This document shows positions 21,978-36,487 of a stretch of DNA of 64,000 nucleotides, piece after piece. The stretch spans positions 20,892 through 84,891 of the forward strand of contig CAXHJY010000704.1 in the NCBI GenBank assembly GCA_964016885.1, read 5' to 3'. Made by a program: the position numbers and the translations under genes. The DNA comes from Eledone cirrhosa. Its lineage: Eukaryota. How positions within the stretch are numbered: position 1 is the first letter of the stretch; every line of letters starts with the position of its first letter. Under the pieces are notes generated by a model, which worked only from the letters and a program-made list of their open reading frames with translations, ran no database searches and had not been told where the DNA came from.

Positions 21978-23039
21978 TATAAAATATCAGTGGTAAAAAT
22001 TCTACTAAGAAAAGGATGTAGATCCTCATCCACAAACAAAACACTAGATGAAAAAGTTACAAAATTATTTTTTAAAAAAACACTCATCAAAAATGGATGT
22101 TCAAACAAATTAATAAATCAATTTATGTATGTATAAACCTGTAACTCATGACGAAGTCATAGGTGTACCATATTGACATACAACATTTCTTGGGGCCTGA
22201 TGGAGCCCATCTCCTCTCGAGATCTGAGAACAGCAGATTTCATCCAGATAGGAATAGAGAGGATAAGAAAGGAAATAAAAAAGAGATATAGATGAAGAAT
22301 CAACCCCAGTACTAGACTGGTACTTTTTTTATCAACTTTGAAAGGATGAAAGGCAAAGCTGGCCTTGATGGGATATGAACTCAGAGAACAAAGAGCCCAA
22401 ACAAATACCACAAAGCATTCTACCTAACATTCAAACAATTCTGCCAATTCACCACCTTAAATCAATCTATACAAATCAACAAATAAAACAGGCACCATAC
22501 CAGTCTATAAGCTGTAATTAAGAATGTCATGATGAAAATTAAAAGAGTGTTTGTTGTTTCTTGCACCAGGTCTATCATCATTGTCATTCCAGTCAAAATG
22601 ATCCCATCTTTATATCAGGCATAACCCCATCCAATAAGGAAAATGTGTCAGCTACTTCTAGTAGATCAAGTAATCACATAGTCTCCTTTATTAGTTGAAT
22701 TTATTTACTTGCCAGGAAAGTTGCAAAAGCAACTTCATAGTGTTCTTGACTTCACTGACATGGTAAAGTTAGTAGTAGTAGTAGTAGTAGTAACAGTAAT
22801 AATAATTTCTAATGGCATAAGGCTATATGCATTTTTTGTAGAGAACGCCATCAATTAAACTAATTCCAGTGTATTACTGGTACTTATTTGAGCAAACTTT
22901 GTAGGATGAAAGGAAAAGTCAAGCCACATGAGAATTGAAATCTAAATGTGAACAGAAAGGGCTAAATACCACAAACACTCTACTGGTTCTGTTAGTCATC
23001 CTCTTCCTAAATCATTAATTTACTATTAATGATCCTTAA

Positions 23040-24300
23040 AAGAGTATTATATAGCGGAAAGAAATTAGGGTAAGTAATTAATTGAAAACTCTGCAATCAT
23101 CCAAATGTGCCTGATGCTATTAATAGAATTGAACTAATGTCAAGAACATTTAGAAATTTCTAAAGCTGTCAATGATATTCATAAGATCACAAACTATAAT
23201 TAAGAGACCTCATCAAATTGAAACTGTTTCCATGCTTCTACTAACAAAAACAAAAGCAAAAGAAAAATAGATGTTAAGTCCTCTATCTCATCTTAAAAAC
23301 AAAAACAATTGCTGATGCTTATTTTATATTAAGACAAACTGATCCCAATAGGATTTGATTTTAGAAGTTAGGAGGACAACATTGACATACTGTCATGCAT
23401 TTAGTTAAACTCTGAAACAATGTAACTAGTGAGAGTACTGAAATTCTGTCTCTAATAGATTCTATCACGGCATTTCTTCACTGGATATTTTCCAAATAAC
23501 CTGAAAGTGACATAAGTCATCACAAAGCTTAAGAAATATTCCACTTTAGACCATTAAAACCACTGACCAATTTCCTTCTTTTCAACTATTGACAAAATGA
23601 TTGTACAAACTGACAAAATATTGGAAAAGTAAATGTATAATCAGATTTTCTGAGAAATTTTAAGTGCATTCATCCATTTCAGTATTCTTCCAATATTTTA
23701 ACCAAGATAATGAAATGTTTTAAGGATTTTACTTATGGTCACATAGCATAAGTTGCTGTATCCTTCTAAACAACATAGATCACAGTTTTCTCTTGCTTAA
23801 ACTAATATAGCATTCATAGCCCATACAAAATATAGCTGAAATCTTTCTTTGTAAACTCAGTAGTTCTCTATTGTAGGGTTTAAATCTTATAGCAACCCAC
23901 TTAACAGTGATATCCCATAAGGATTCATTCTTGGACTACTCTTGTTTAAAGTTTTCATTAATAACCTCTATTTCATTGAGAAATTCTTCAACCAACATCA
24001 TTTTGTAGATGACACAATCTATTACTTTTGGATAAGTCTCAAATCTATTAGGAAAAGAATTAACAGAGCTCTTAAACTACTATGCCATTAGTTAAATGGA
24101 ATAAAATTTCCCTTAATGTGAGTAAAACAGAATATATCTTATTTCATGGCTGGTCTAATGCTATAAATTATCATTTGAACATAAAAATCAATGGTAAGAA
24201 ATTACACCCTACTATCAAATATCTTACAATCTTTCTGAATATAAACTGCATATAAATGTGATGTCTCTAAAATTTTTCAAAGTTAACTGGTGGACTTGCC
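23040..24300 (+). mobile_element. Old, heavily decayed CR1/L2-group LINE RT relic
   Basis: Translations include PISFFSTIDK, DIP*GFILGLLLFKVFINNL (compare GVPQGSILGPLLF), FVDDT and LNVSKTEY, with many stops and frameshifts. Confidence 0.7.
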
Positions 24301-27300
24301 AATTCTAGACAGCATCTGATCACTAACTTATTTTCTATTGTCTATTAAACTTTGTTCTTGCTCTAATGTAGTTTTCTTTGTTTTTAACTGAATTTAGGTT
24401 ATTATTATTGTATTTTTATAAATACTGGGAAATGTAGACAACCAAATAAATTGCAATAACAATGCATTTAAAAAAATATTAATAATGATAAACTGTAATA
24501 TTACATACTCAACAGTAAAAACTGTAATATTACATATACAACAGTAAAAATTGTATTACCCATATAATTACAATAACATATTGTAGGAGCCATTTGGTCA
24601 TGAATGACCATGATTTTTGCACCGAGAAAGATCCCTTCTAAGACCCAAGCCTGAGCAAGGTGTGTTTGTGGAAGACCAGCAGTCACCTATGCACGCCAGT
24701 CTCCCCTTTTGAAAAACATGCAGACGTACAAGAGTACAATATGTCCATCAATAATTAAGCGTTACATTCAATTGTGTGAGGATTCTAGAGAATAAATACT
24801 GTTTCTAACGATTGGAAAAATAATAATATTTACAGAAGCAGCAATAATATTTAAAGGATTCTACAAATCTAAAATTTGAATTATAGCTGATCAAAATGCT
24901 AGTTTATCAGAAAGGTGAATGAAAAAGTTGATGATTGATATGCCATTATCAGTACTGTGTAGAATCTCATTGGCCAAGTCTATCAGTTGTAAATGAATAG
25001 ATAACATTTAGATGTTAAAATTCAGCTATTTAATCAGTAGAGACAATGAGAAATTAACAGATATTTTATTGGCTTGCAGTGCTAAGTTCAAATTTTCAGT
25101 AGGTTTTATCCTATAAGAGAAAATATCATTGAACAAACAACCCAATGGCTGAAAACTGAGATGAGCTCCAATATACTACAACAATTTTCAATAAGGAGAT
25201 GTGGGAGAGGTAGAGAGAGAGAAAAAGGAAATAGGAAAAATTTAAGCAAATGCTTTCATATTGAAATTGATATTTTATAACCAGTTGTCAACTTCCTTAA
25301 CTATTTGGCTATCTCACTGCAAAATAAATATAATTCATAAGAAAAAAAAACAAAAAAACAGACACAAGATAGAAAGATGGGGGTGCAAAGTAAATGAAGA
25401 GAAGCCAATTCAATAGAGCAGCTATTTTTGATAACAACCATGAAGAATGACAGCAAGTTAACATTTTTGAGAACATCATGTTGTTTCTTTTTAAGGAAAC
25501 TACATGAAGATGCAATAAGTTCAGAATACTATTAACACTGTCAAGTGCAGAACTGCTACAAGTGCCAATATTGTATCTTAATATAATAGCAGTTTTTTTC
25601 CCTCTCCAGTTTTTCTTCATTAATCATGTTGTCAAAGAGATAAAGGAAAGAAAAATAAAGCTCTGATTAAATGAGACTAAATTATTGGACTGGAGAGGTT
25701 TTCTTTTATTAAATTGGGTCTTTTACTGTAGATAAAGTTTCAAGCTTGATTCTTGAAAGGGGTTAGAAAAGAAGGTGGTGGGTATATAATTAATCAAATT
25801 GTTTTATCAAATAACCATCAGAATCAGCTTGGAATCTTCTAAATAACTGACAATAACATTTATCATTCATGGGAATAAATTTCAATGCACATTTACCAAG
25901 TGATAGTGAGGGGTGAAATGAAGAAGCTAAACAAACCTCTATCTGAAAGTAAGCAGTGAAAAGTCAATTATTGCTACAGCTTAAACAGCAGACCTCCCAC
26001 ACTCATATCTCAGTTGTCTTTTTATGTAAATCTGACAAGCACTGCAAGGGTAGGATAGTTATTCAATAACAGAGCTCAGGATAGACTGAACTGTAACACT
26101 TAATGTCTAGCCTTCTAAAAGTTAATGCAGTAAACACCTTGATATGAATGACCAGCTAGTAACTTGGCTCAAAGAAACTATTTCCCAATCTTAGTCTAAA
26201 ACAAGTCTGAAATAAGCAATAAAAAACATCACCAAACAAAATTGCATCCACCATGACTGCCAATGCCTATGCTCTCTCTCATGTCAAGGGAGGCCACTGC
26301 ATTTATACATTTTCCATTACATCAATACAATGGTTCTATAGCTATCCAAGAATTGATAATATTGTGTTTCTATATTGGCACCAATGGCTCACATATCCGA
26401 TATGGTAACACCTCATGCTGAAAGTCTGTTGGACAAAGAGCTAACTAGAAACAAGAAACAGATTGAAGTGGCATTCATAGAAATTATTGCAACAACAAAA
26501 ACGAAACAATAGCCACAGCTACCACCACCTACACTATTCTAATGACATTCTAGCCATGGCCACCCCGTTTTCTTATGGGTATCAACCTACAACTATATCA
26601 TCAAATGTGTTCTTTGTTTCTCCTTACAAGAAGGCTAGTTTTGTGATTGTGTACAAAAACATCTATACCTCAAAGTCAGTGTTTACATTTAATTATATAT
26701 GTACTGAAATTGACATGATCAACTGAACTGTTGAAGACAGTACCTCAGCAAGGCTGTGGTTCAATGACTGAAACCAATAAAATAATATTAGCATCCTTTT
26801 TTTCTTTGTTGCTATGGAAACAGCAGCTAATCATCATCATCATCGTTTTTACATGTTTCTCCACACTTACCAAATATTTTTTAATTACATCCTATTGTCT
26901 TAAATAAAGAGAAGTCCTAGGTATCCATAAAAAGATGGGGATGGTCACATCTGGAATGCCTTTGATCATAAATTTGTTTGATCAGGATTGCATTCATTTC
27001 TTGAGGCAATCAACATGTCGCGGAAGAGAAGCCTTCAAATGTGAATGTTAATCTAAGCTAGGTACAAATTCAGCTTATCTACATTATAAAATGTATACAT
27101 TACACAAAATTAAAGTATTACTTTCTAGCATATACAAAACACATTGGATTTAAAGCCATCAGGAAATTAGATTATGTAATATTCATGGCTTTCTTAGGGA
27201 TATTTCTTTTTACTATTTAATCAGGAAGGGAGACACCATACTCATGAGCTTTTTCGGGGCCTCTGGGAATGGTGAGTAGGAAGAGAGAACGTATTCTTAA

Positions 27301-27589
27301 GCTACACACCTGGACTGAATGCTTGTAACAGAGTGAACTTTACTAAAAGTATCCAATGACCAGGTAGTGATATTAAATTGAGCAACAAACTAAGTCTACC
27401 ATCCAAATAGGCTACAGTGGGATTTGAAGGCAGAATACAAAGAGATGGATTAAATACCACAAGGCATCAAAAGGATGAAAGGTAAAGTTGATCTCAGCAG
27501 GATTTAATGCTCTAACAACTCAGTTAATTCCCCATTTTGAACAAATTAGTTGTTTTCTTCATTAGTCAGCCAAACAAATTGAAACTGTT

Positions 27590-27841
27590 TTACCCTCTTG
27601 ACACCAAATTGCCTGAAACTGCTACTGGTTCTATGACACAAAACTATTTGTTTTTAAATGTTTATATTTAACTAAAAATACCTTTCATCACAATTTTATG
27701 TAAGAACCTTAGTAAATTATGTTTCAAACCCCAGATTAATAATGAGGATGTTAGTTATATTACAAAATCTTTACAAATTCCTGATTATTTGAAAATCATA
27801 TGCAGTGTCTTTTATTAGAAATATGATAATAAAAGAGTTAA
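27590..27841. mobile_element. Decayed MITE-like element with TTAA-type ends
   Basis: The ends read ttaccctcttgacaccaaa...aataaaagagttaa. A related inverted copy lies at about 46580-46809. Confidence 0.45.
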
Positions 27842-30800
27842 TTTCTATCAGTCAGTCAGTTGGTAAGAAGAGTTATGGGTGTTCCTTAGGGGTGAAAAGT
27901 AATAGCCGTATGAGTAAGGGATTGAACGTATGGCCTCATGGTTAAGCATGTTTCTATGATAAGGTTTAATTTTCAGGTTGAGTGCTTGCTCAGTTGTTAA
28001 GTGGGGTTTCACAGTCAAGAAGAAAGTTCTAGAAGGTTGCAGTTTTAGGGAGAATGGACTAAGCAAAATCATTAGCAAGTCAGACACATTAACAGAGATA
28101 GGGGAAGAAAGTTGGGTAAAACAAATAGTTTTATGTAGAGATGAATAAATGGAAGCTATTACAACTAAGAATTGACACCATAACATGGACTCAACACACA
28201 AGGAACTGAAATTCACTCTGTGGCTTTCACCATTCTTAATATTTAAAATAAATCATCATTATCACCATTTAATGTCCATTTTTCCATGCTAATGTGGGTG
28301 AGACAAGTTGCTCTGTTGTGAGACATGCCAGGTCAGATGACCATGTTTTGCTCATACAGAACTGATTTTAGCTTGGTTTCTACGACTGGATGCCCTACTT
28401 AACACCAATCACATTTGCAGTAAAATTTTACTTTCAGTCAGGAAAGAAAATGCCAGAGTTTTGGCAATGTAAAAGCTGGGTCACTTTTAAGTGAAGAATT
28501 TTAATCAAATGTTTCTAGTCAACAGTTCATATTGTATCATCAGCAGGGCATTGGGTTCATGTGTAAGGCACACAACAATGAACAAACAAGTCTACTTCAG
28601 TTACTACAGGGTTTTACAGATCACTGGGGGAAGCAGCAGGAGCATTCTGAAATAATTTCTTACATTGGCAGATCGTTGGAAGCATTTGGCAATTACGTGA
28701 AACTGATACGTGTTTTGCTGGCTTACAGTTCTGAGTTCAAGTTCACTCATGGGATTTTACTTTCGTTTCTTTCATTGCTATTCCAAAGTCGGCTTCAAAA
28801 GGAATAGCTAAACAGCATTTTATAACTTAAAGTAGAAACCACATGACTCACTCTACAGAATCATTAGAAAGTTATTAAACAAAAGAAATATATGAGAGGG
28901 GGTGGTAGAAGAAGGAAAGCTTACAAAAAGAAAAAAAATGATACAAAAACCCGATAATGATAAAAATAATATATTAAAAGTAAATCTGAAACCAGAATAT
29001 TATTAGTAATGCAGAGTAAAGCTGTCCAATACTATATAATTAGATGATCAATCAACTCTGCAGATATACTTTTGGTCCAGCTGATTGGATGAAAATAAAA
29101 TAAACAAATGGTTTCTCCCTTGACAGTTCTCCCTATGGATTTTCTCTAAACCACACAAAAGCATCAGGAGCTTGTGTCATGAATAAACTTGCACAGATGT
29201 AATCCCACAGTTCTAAATAAACATTCATGCAGACGAGGCAAAATAGGAGGAAAGGAGGAGGCCATGAAAGCTATTGATTGGCTATCTGAACCATTAGTTT
29301 AGCAAATTGTTTCTGGTGGTGGTGGTGGTGGCTGGTGTGATGGGAGAGAATGTAGTATTGTGATGGTAGTATCAGGGGTGATAGCTGTGGTTGTAGTGAT
29401 CATGTCAGGGAAGAATTACATTATATTAGATCTGCAAACATTACACTGTGGACCACTCTAAAACTATCAAGTGTGTGAGTGTGTGTGGTATGACAAACAT
29501 GACAAATACATGTACCTACTTGCAAAGTACATTGGTTGAATATTTATATAGTTATTTTAAATTCAGTATCAAAACTACTGCAAAATGAAGTTGTTGGTAT
29601 TTCAGATACACCCCAATGTAGTTCTAACCCTTCAACAGACCTTGCTGTTGTACAGGACTGCAGCTTAGTTCTAATTTTCCAATTGTTGCTTTTGTTTAGC
29701 CCCACATCAACCCTGATTGAGCAGATCTATGATCAAAGGTGCTCCAACAATAGCCAACCAGTCTTTTTTATATATGTAGATTTTTAAAAAAATCAAAAAA
29801 CAAATCACCGAAAATATTCTAAATAATTAAAAAATTATCATAACAATGATAATTATGATTTCTAATTTAGGCTCAATGTCCACTGTTTAACAGGGTAAGG
29901 GGAAAGTTAATTAAATTGCCTCTAGTATTTCACTAGAACCATATTGACCATGGAGAGATAAAAGGTAAAATTGACCTCAGTGGATATTTGAATTAAGAAT
30001 ATAAAGAGTTATAAGAAATACCCCAAAATATTTGTCCAACACTCTAATGAGTCTACCAGTCTACCACCATCAACAACCACAATGACAATGATATATTTTT
30101 ATTCTCAGAATGCAGAAAATAAGTTTGTAGCTTAGAAAATTTGAAAAAATACACCTAGAAACAGAAAAAAGTAGCTAATGGCCACTATGAAGAATCTGTC
30201 TATAGGAGTATTTTACTCAATTTTCTTAGCTCCTGAAATTTAGATATATTTTACAGCAAGATACCCATTATTAATGATATTTTTTTTTACTATCTTTGTT
30301 ACTTGAAAGAGAGTGCAGGGATTTATTATATTGTCATTTGTAGGCATGAAAGATGAACTGATTTAATCTGAGCAGGATTAGAACTCACAATAACAGGAAG
30401 GAAAGTAACTTTTATTAGTGTAAAATATCTAATCTAGCGACATACATTTCCCATGTATGGAATGGTTTGTTTTTACATTGGAGTTTTTATAGCTAAATAA
30501 TCCTTCCTGATGATAAAATCTTAATCATGAAGAAGAAGCAGAGTTATGTGTGCTGCCCAAGATCACAATACTATGGGAGCAAAAAGATCTGAATTTATGA
30601 TCATGTAGTGAGTAGTCCAACTTAGCTAAAAACAAAACCACCAATTTAAAATAATTTCTACTTAAATTAAAATCATCCAACATACCCTGTTAAATATACA
30701 GAAAAAGAAAGCAGTATTAGAAAGGACTATAAATGCCATAAATGAGAGGAAAAGGAGGAGAGGAGCAAAAACTACTAGACAAAGAAAGAAAGAGGGGGAA

Positions 30801-31849
30801 GGGGAGAGGAAGACTGACTCTACACCTAAGTCAGAGCAGTGTTTTTCGGATGTGCCTCATGGAGAAAGAAAATGATTAAATTATTATCTTAGTAGAGAAT
30901 TACTTAATGATTTTAGTAAATCCATTACAATTCTTCAATTAATTGAAATGGATCTCTTTTTTTATAAAAAATAGTCAAAAAAAGGTTAAAATATCAATCT
31001 CTGAAATTCAAAGCATTGATAAACTCCTAACAAACTGCATCTATAACCCAGTTTCAATTCCTAGGTGAAACCATTTCTTTTCATGTCCATCACATCCTGT
31101 GTCCATACCAATGCAGTCTTTTTTCTTGCACACTGCTGCTAATTCCTATTAAATCCAGTAATCCAGTAGTTGAGAAAAGCTATGACTCAGAGGAAGCTAA
31201 TCAAATGAAGTGTTCAATCAGTAATGCGCCATTTACTGCCCTTAGGAAAGGAATGAATATCACAACATGCCAGATCCTATTCATTGAAGACATTGTGTCT
31301 GTATAATAAATCAAGAAAATTGATATGTCAATTTAATGTTTTCTCTAGTTTAGATGTATCAAATAAAGTAGTATGCCTTGCATCAGTCTAAATTTATAAA
31401 CTTGGGTCAGTATTTGAGCATTTTAGCAAGAAAGCTATAACATCCCCACTTCTCTCTCGTTCAAGGATATTTATCAAAGTGAGTGATGGAGTAGAATTCC
31501 TAGGCAACAGAAACAGAGGGGAGAAAAAAAGTTCATCGATTTATCAATATTTTTTCCCTAAAAATGCTAGAATATAAAAACAAATTCAGCAACATACAGG
31601 AACATTGTCAGACAACTGTGATGGTTCACTGGAAGTATTTGATACATTCTGTTATTTATGTAACATAATCAGTGTGGCAAATAATAATAATTATTATTAT
31701 ATACATATATATTTTATATATATATATATATATGTATATACACACACACACACACATATATACATACATACATACATACATACATATGTATATATATATA
31801 TACACACACACATATATATATATATGCTTCATATCTAGTTATAATAGTT

Positions 31850-32085
31850 ACACTATCTCTCCACACATCATGTTCCTTCGTCATCTCCTCTGTGAGTTTC
31901 AGCAATTCGACATCTGTTCTCACCACATCCATCCAAGTTTTCTTTGGTCTTCCTCTATTGCAGGTTTTTCTGCTGAGATTTTCTGGCACTTCTTCATCCA
32001 GCAATCATCATCCTTGCACATCACATGTTCATACCAATGCAATGTTTTCTCTTGCACACTACCTCTGATTCTTATTATATCCAGT
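31850..32085 (-). mobile_element. Decayed RTE 3' ORF fragment
   Basis: Translations include IRGSVQEKTLHWYEHVMCKDDD and RGRPKKTWMDVVRTD. Confidence 0.75.
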
Positions 32086-32641
32086 AGTTGAGGAAACCTA
32101 TGACCCAGGGGAAGCCAATAAAATGAAGTGTTCAATCAGTGGTTCAAATCATAAGGAAGAAAGCTGTTCTAAGATCTAGCTCTTGAAGCATATGAAACAG
32201 CTTTAGTGCTATATCCATTACAGCGCAGTCTCAGCTATTATATATCAAACCAACACCATTTAACTGCAGGAAATCTATTGAATATCAACTTGGATATTAA
32301 TCACATTCAATTAGAGACACTGTATCTAGGTTAGAAAAGGTACACCATATCCCTGTGTTGTAAGAAGTAATTAAAAAGGGCTAGTGCCAGTAGAACATCT
32401 GGCTATAAAACATTGTCTCAAAAAAGGAACCCATGATGAGTATGGAGCCTGCCATGAGTCCTGCCCAGATAACCCCAGCTTTAGCAGAAAAAAATGACCT
32501 GATAACATTTGTGTTTATGTGTTCATTGGTTATCCTAATCCTCCAGACCACAAGACAAACTGTATATATAATATATATAAGTATAAAGGATGATGTGCTC
32601 AAGTACAAAAATGCTATAAAGATAGCTTATAAAATAAGGTA

Positions 32642-32768
32642 AAGACCCTAAAAAGAAGTGGCCATTAGCTGCTATGAGGAACTGAACCCCATATCTTCCA
32701 GATACTAGGGTTCAATTCCCCATAGCAGCTGATGGCAACTTCTTTTTCCATTTTTTTTTTAGGGTCTT
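32642..32768. repeat. ~125-bp imperfect hairpin (small MITE-like palindrome)
   Basis: The arm aagaccctaaaaagaagtggccattagctgctatg...gaacccc pairs with gggttcaattccccatagcagctgatggcaacttcttttt...tagggtctt. Confidence 0.7.
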
Positions 32769-32864
32769 CATCCTTCATCCATGTCCCTACACCTCCTCCC
32801 TTCTCCAGATAAGTGCCCTAAATCTACCTCACCAATCCCCATGTACCTCTTCTACCCCATCCCC

Positions 32865-33285
32865 CAGTCCACACTGTAAAGTAGTCACTTTGGTACGATG
32901 ACAGAAAGCATCCTGTCCACACTGTAAAGTGGTAGTGCAGGTGACATGATAAAAAGCAGCCAGTTTACACAGTAAAGTGGTCATGAAGGCATCATGACAA
33001 AAAGCACCCCGTTCACACTGTAAAGTAGTAGTGTAGGTTACAACACAATAAGCACCCAATCCACACAGTAAAGTGGTCATGTAGGTGTCACGACAACAGG
33101 CACCGAGTCCACACTTTGAATAAGGTTGGTGTTAGGAAGGGCATCCAGCCCTAAAAATCAAGCAAGAAACAGTTCTGTATGAGCAAGACATGGTCATCTG
33201 ATCTCACTTGTCTCACAACAGGACAACTCATCTAGGACAACGCCATGCTAGCGTAGAAAAATGGACATTAAATTATGATGATGAT
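32865..33285 (+). mobile_element. Non-autonomous RTE-tailed element with about five 48-bp units
   Basis: cacactgtaaagtgg units are spaced 48 bp apart, followed by gttggtgttaggaagggcatccag and a (GAT)n tail. Similar elements lie at 53905-54268 (+) and 58745-59128 (-). Confidence 0.8.
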
Positions 33286-33611
33286 ACATGAAATGTTCCT
33301 TTATTTTTGAAAGCTGCCACAATGCATATATTAACTAAAATATGGTGGAAGAAATCAGGTAAATTACTCTCAGAGATGTCTAAAAGTACACAAATGGAGA
33401 AATAGTTATCAAAGCCATCTGGCATACAGCAGATACACAGGTCGATTCCCACAGGCATCTCTGCCTAACTTTTCCCCATCTTTAAGAATGATTTACTCAA
33501 TTTATTCGACTATTTTATAGTTAATGTGTTGCATTACGCAACTTTTTATAAGAAAAGCAAATAAATTTCAAATTTTCAAACTTGTCCAATATCTTTGTAA
33601 ACGTCTCAGTT

Positions 33612-33614
<3 letters not shown>

Positions 33615-33655
<41 letters not shown>

Positions 33656-33687
33656 TATATATATATATACACATACATATAAAACAT

Positions 33688-33756
<69 letters not shown>

Positions 33757-33757
33757 T

Positions 33758-33832
<75 letters not shown>

Positions 33833-33835
33833 CAT

Positions 33836-33872
<37 letters not shown>

Positions 33873-33931
33873 TATATACATACATATATATATATATACA
33901 TATATATATACATACATATATATATACATAC

Positions 33932-33988
<57 letters not shown>

Positions 33989-34101
33989 CATATATATATA
34001 TACATACATATACATACATATATATATACATACATATATATATATACATACATATATATACACATATATATATACATACATATATATACATATATACATA
34101 T

Positions 34102-34148
<47 letters not shown>
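33615..34148. repeat. Long compound (TA)n/(TACA)n microsatellite
   Basis: About 530 bp of alternating pyrimidine-purine dinucleotides. Confidence 0.98.
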
Positions 34149-34151
<3 letters not shown>

Positions 34152-34441
34152 ATATTACAAGACACAAAAATAATTGCTTTATCTATAAAATCCATTCTAA
34201 TTGTTTCTGTTTTTTGGGGGGGTTTGTTACATTTTTGTATTTTCTGGTATCTTCTGAAGTTGTTTTCTGAAAACTAGTCTTTCTTATCCAATTAAAATAT
34301 AATTTAATTTAACTACACACTACTTTCTAACCAATTATAAAGCTCTTGATTATATCAGATTGTTGTTGTTGTTGTTGATGATGTTCGTATTATTTATAGT
34401 ATCATCATTGTAGTTCTTGTTATTGTTGTTTCATATGTGAA

Positions 34442-34480
<39 letters not shown>

Positions 34481-34483
<3 letters not shown>

Positions 34484-36218
34484 AAGAGACAGGCATGGAA
34501 AGACTGGGAAAATGGCGGTAGCTAAGAAAGTTGATAGTTTTAGGGTCAAAGATGCAATCAAGGAGATGAAGAATAGTAAAGCTGTGCGACCATCAGAATT
34601 AGTTGCTCAGATGCTAAAAACATTGAGAAAGGTAGGAGTCAAACTAGTAACCCTTATAGTAAATCAAGTAATACAGGATGGAGTCATACCCAATGATTGG
34701 CACAGCAGTACAATCATTAACTGCTACAAGAGCAATGGTGATGCCCTAGAAAGGAGTAACTACAGAGGAATAAAACTAATGGACAAAGTTATGAAAGTGA
34801 CCAAAAGAATTATAGCACAGCTAATTAGGGAAAAAGTCAAAATAGATGAGATGTAACTTGGTTTCACGCCTGGAAAAAGTACTATGGATGCATTTTTCTT
34901 AGTGACACAACTACAAGAGAAGTTCCTAGCCAAAAATAAACCACTTTTGTTGAGCTAGAGAAAGCCTTTGACAGAGTACCCCAATCTCTTATCTGGTAGT
35001 CCTTAAGGAAATTAGGTGTAAAAGAATGGTTTGTAAGAGCTGCAGAAGTTATGTACAGAGGAGCTGTCAGTAAAGTGAGAGTAGGAAATGAGTTTAGTGA
35101 GGAATTCAAGGTACAGGTAGGAGTTCATCAAGGTTCAGTTCTTAGCTCACTGCTGTTCATCATAGTTTTTCAGGCCATAACAGGAGTTTAAAAAAGGCTG
35201 CTCATGGGAGATTCTCTATGCAGATGATTTGGTCCTTATAGCTGAAACCAAAAATAAAGCTAGAAAATAAATTTCGATTATGGAATCTGAATTTGGAATC
35301 AAAAGACATGAGGGTAAACTTGGCGAAAACTGAAGTGCTAGTGAGAAGGAGAGAAGATTGGACTCAGATTCCTTCAGGATAGTTGCCATGCTCAATATGC
35401 AGAAAACGAGTAGGCATAAACTCCATACAATGTACACGATGGAAATCTTGGGTAAACAAAAGATGTAGTGGGATATAAGGTAGACTAACAGGAAGGGAGA
35501 ACTTTGCTTGGAGAAAATGCATAGGAGAAATTGAGAGAAAGACAGCTAATGATATAAAACTTTTCCAGTCACAAGAAGAATCCACAGATGTGGCTGATAG
35601 CTTCTGCTATTTAGGTGAGTTAATTAGCAGTGGAAGAGGGTGCACCAAAAATATAATAGATAGAATAAGGATAGGATGGAAGAAGTTTAGAGAACTGCTC
35701 CCACTGCTGACAACAAAAGTGTTCTCCCTATATGCAAAAGCAAGGCTGTATGATGCCTGCGTGTGGTGTTCAATGCTACATAGTAGTGAAACACAGGCTG
35801 TGACCGCAGAGGATATACGTAGACTGGAGAGAAATGAAGCAACCATGTTTCATTGGATGTGCAATAAAAACATGAGAGAAAAACAGAGCTTGGACGAGCT
35901 GAGAAAGAAGCTGGGCTTAAGAGGAATCCGAGATGGTGTGCAAGAGAGAAGACTGCATTGGTATGGACATCTGATGCACATGGACAATGACCGATGGGGG
36001 TAGAAAAGCCAGCAAATCCCAGTGGAAGGAAGCTGCAATAGAGGACAACCAAGAACGACCTGGGCAGAGGTTGTGAGAGCGGACCTCAAATCACTAAGAC
36101 TGGCAGAGGAGATGATGAAGGACTACCAGATAACAGACAAGTGGAGAGATGCCGTGCTGAGTAGGACCCTTCCAACCCATGCAAGCATGGAAAAGTGGCT
36201 CGAAAAACGATGATGATG

Positions 36219-36219
<1 letters not shown>
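34481..36219 (+). mobile_element. Decayed RTE-clade LINE (older subfamily, short 3' end)
   Basis: RT motifs persist with stops and frameshifts (ORFs 34512-34856, 35590-36003, 36022-36213). The (GAT)n tail follows the ORF directly, and the element lies between (TA)n tracts. Confidence 0.9.
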
Positions 36220-36250
<31 letters not shown>

Positions 36251-36251
36251 A

Positions 36252-36385
36252 GCCCAGGTTGAATCGGGGGTAACCATAATAAGTAAGGTACTCAATACAT
36301 AGTAGAGTATATACAATATTTAATATAGAAATGGCTTCTACAGGACTAGAACTGTTTCATTCAAAGGAAATCATCAGGAAAACTT
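36252..36385 (-). mobile_element. Short hammerhead-bearing element (same family as 48672-48850)
   Basis: It is the reverse complement of about 48723-48850 and sits between (TG)n and (TA)n. Confidence 0.75.
36334..36383 (-). ncRNA. Type-I hammerhead motif with an intact core (GUA triad)
   Basis: The minus strand reads GTTTTC-CTGATGA-TTTCCTTTGAAT-GAAA-CAG-TTCTAGTC-CTG-TA-GAAGC. Stem III is ACAG/CTGT and stem I is TTC/GAA, extendable. Confidence 0.7.
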
Positions 36386-36398
36386 ATATATATTTATA

Positions 36399-36461
<63 letters not shown>

Positions 36462-36487
36462 TGTATGTATATATATATATGTGTGTG

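Noticed and set aside
32865-33115. CRISPR-like 48-bp repeat arrays (also at about 15090, 53910 and 58920)
   Set aside because: The whole unit is homologous between copies, with no spacers, and the arrays belong to an RTE-tailed repeat.
33568-34195. Long Tyr/Ile-rich ORFs
   Set aside because: They are translations of the (TA)n/(TACA)n microsatellite.
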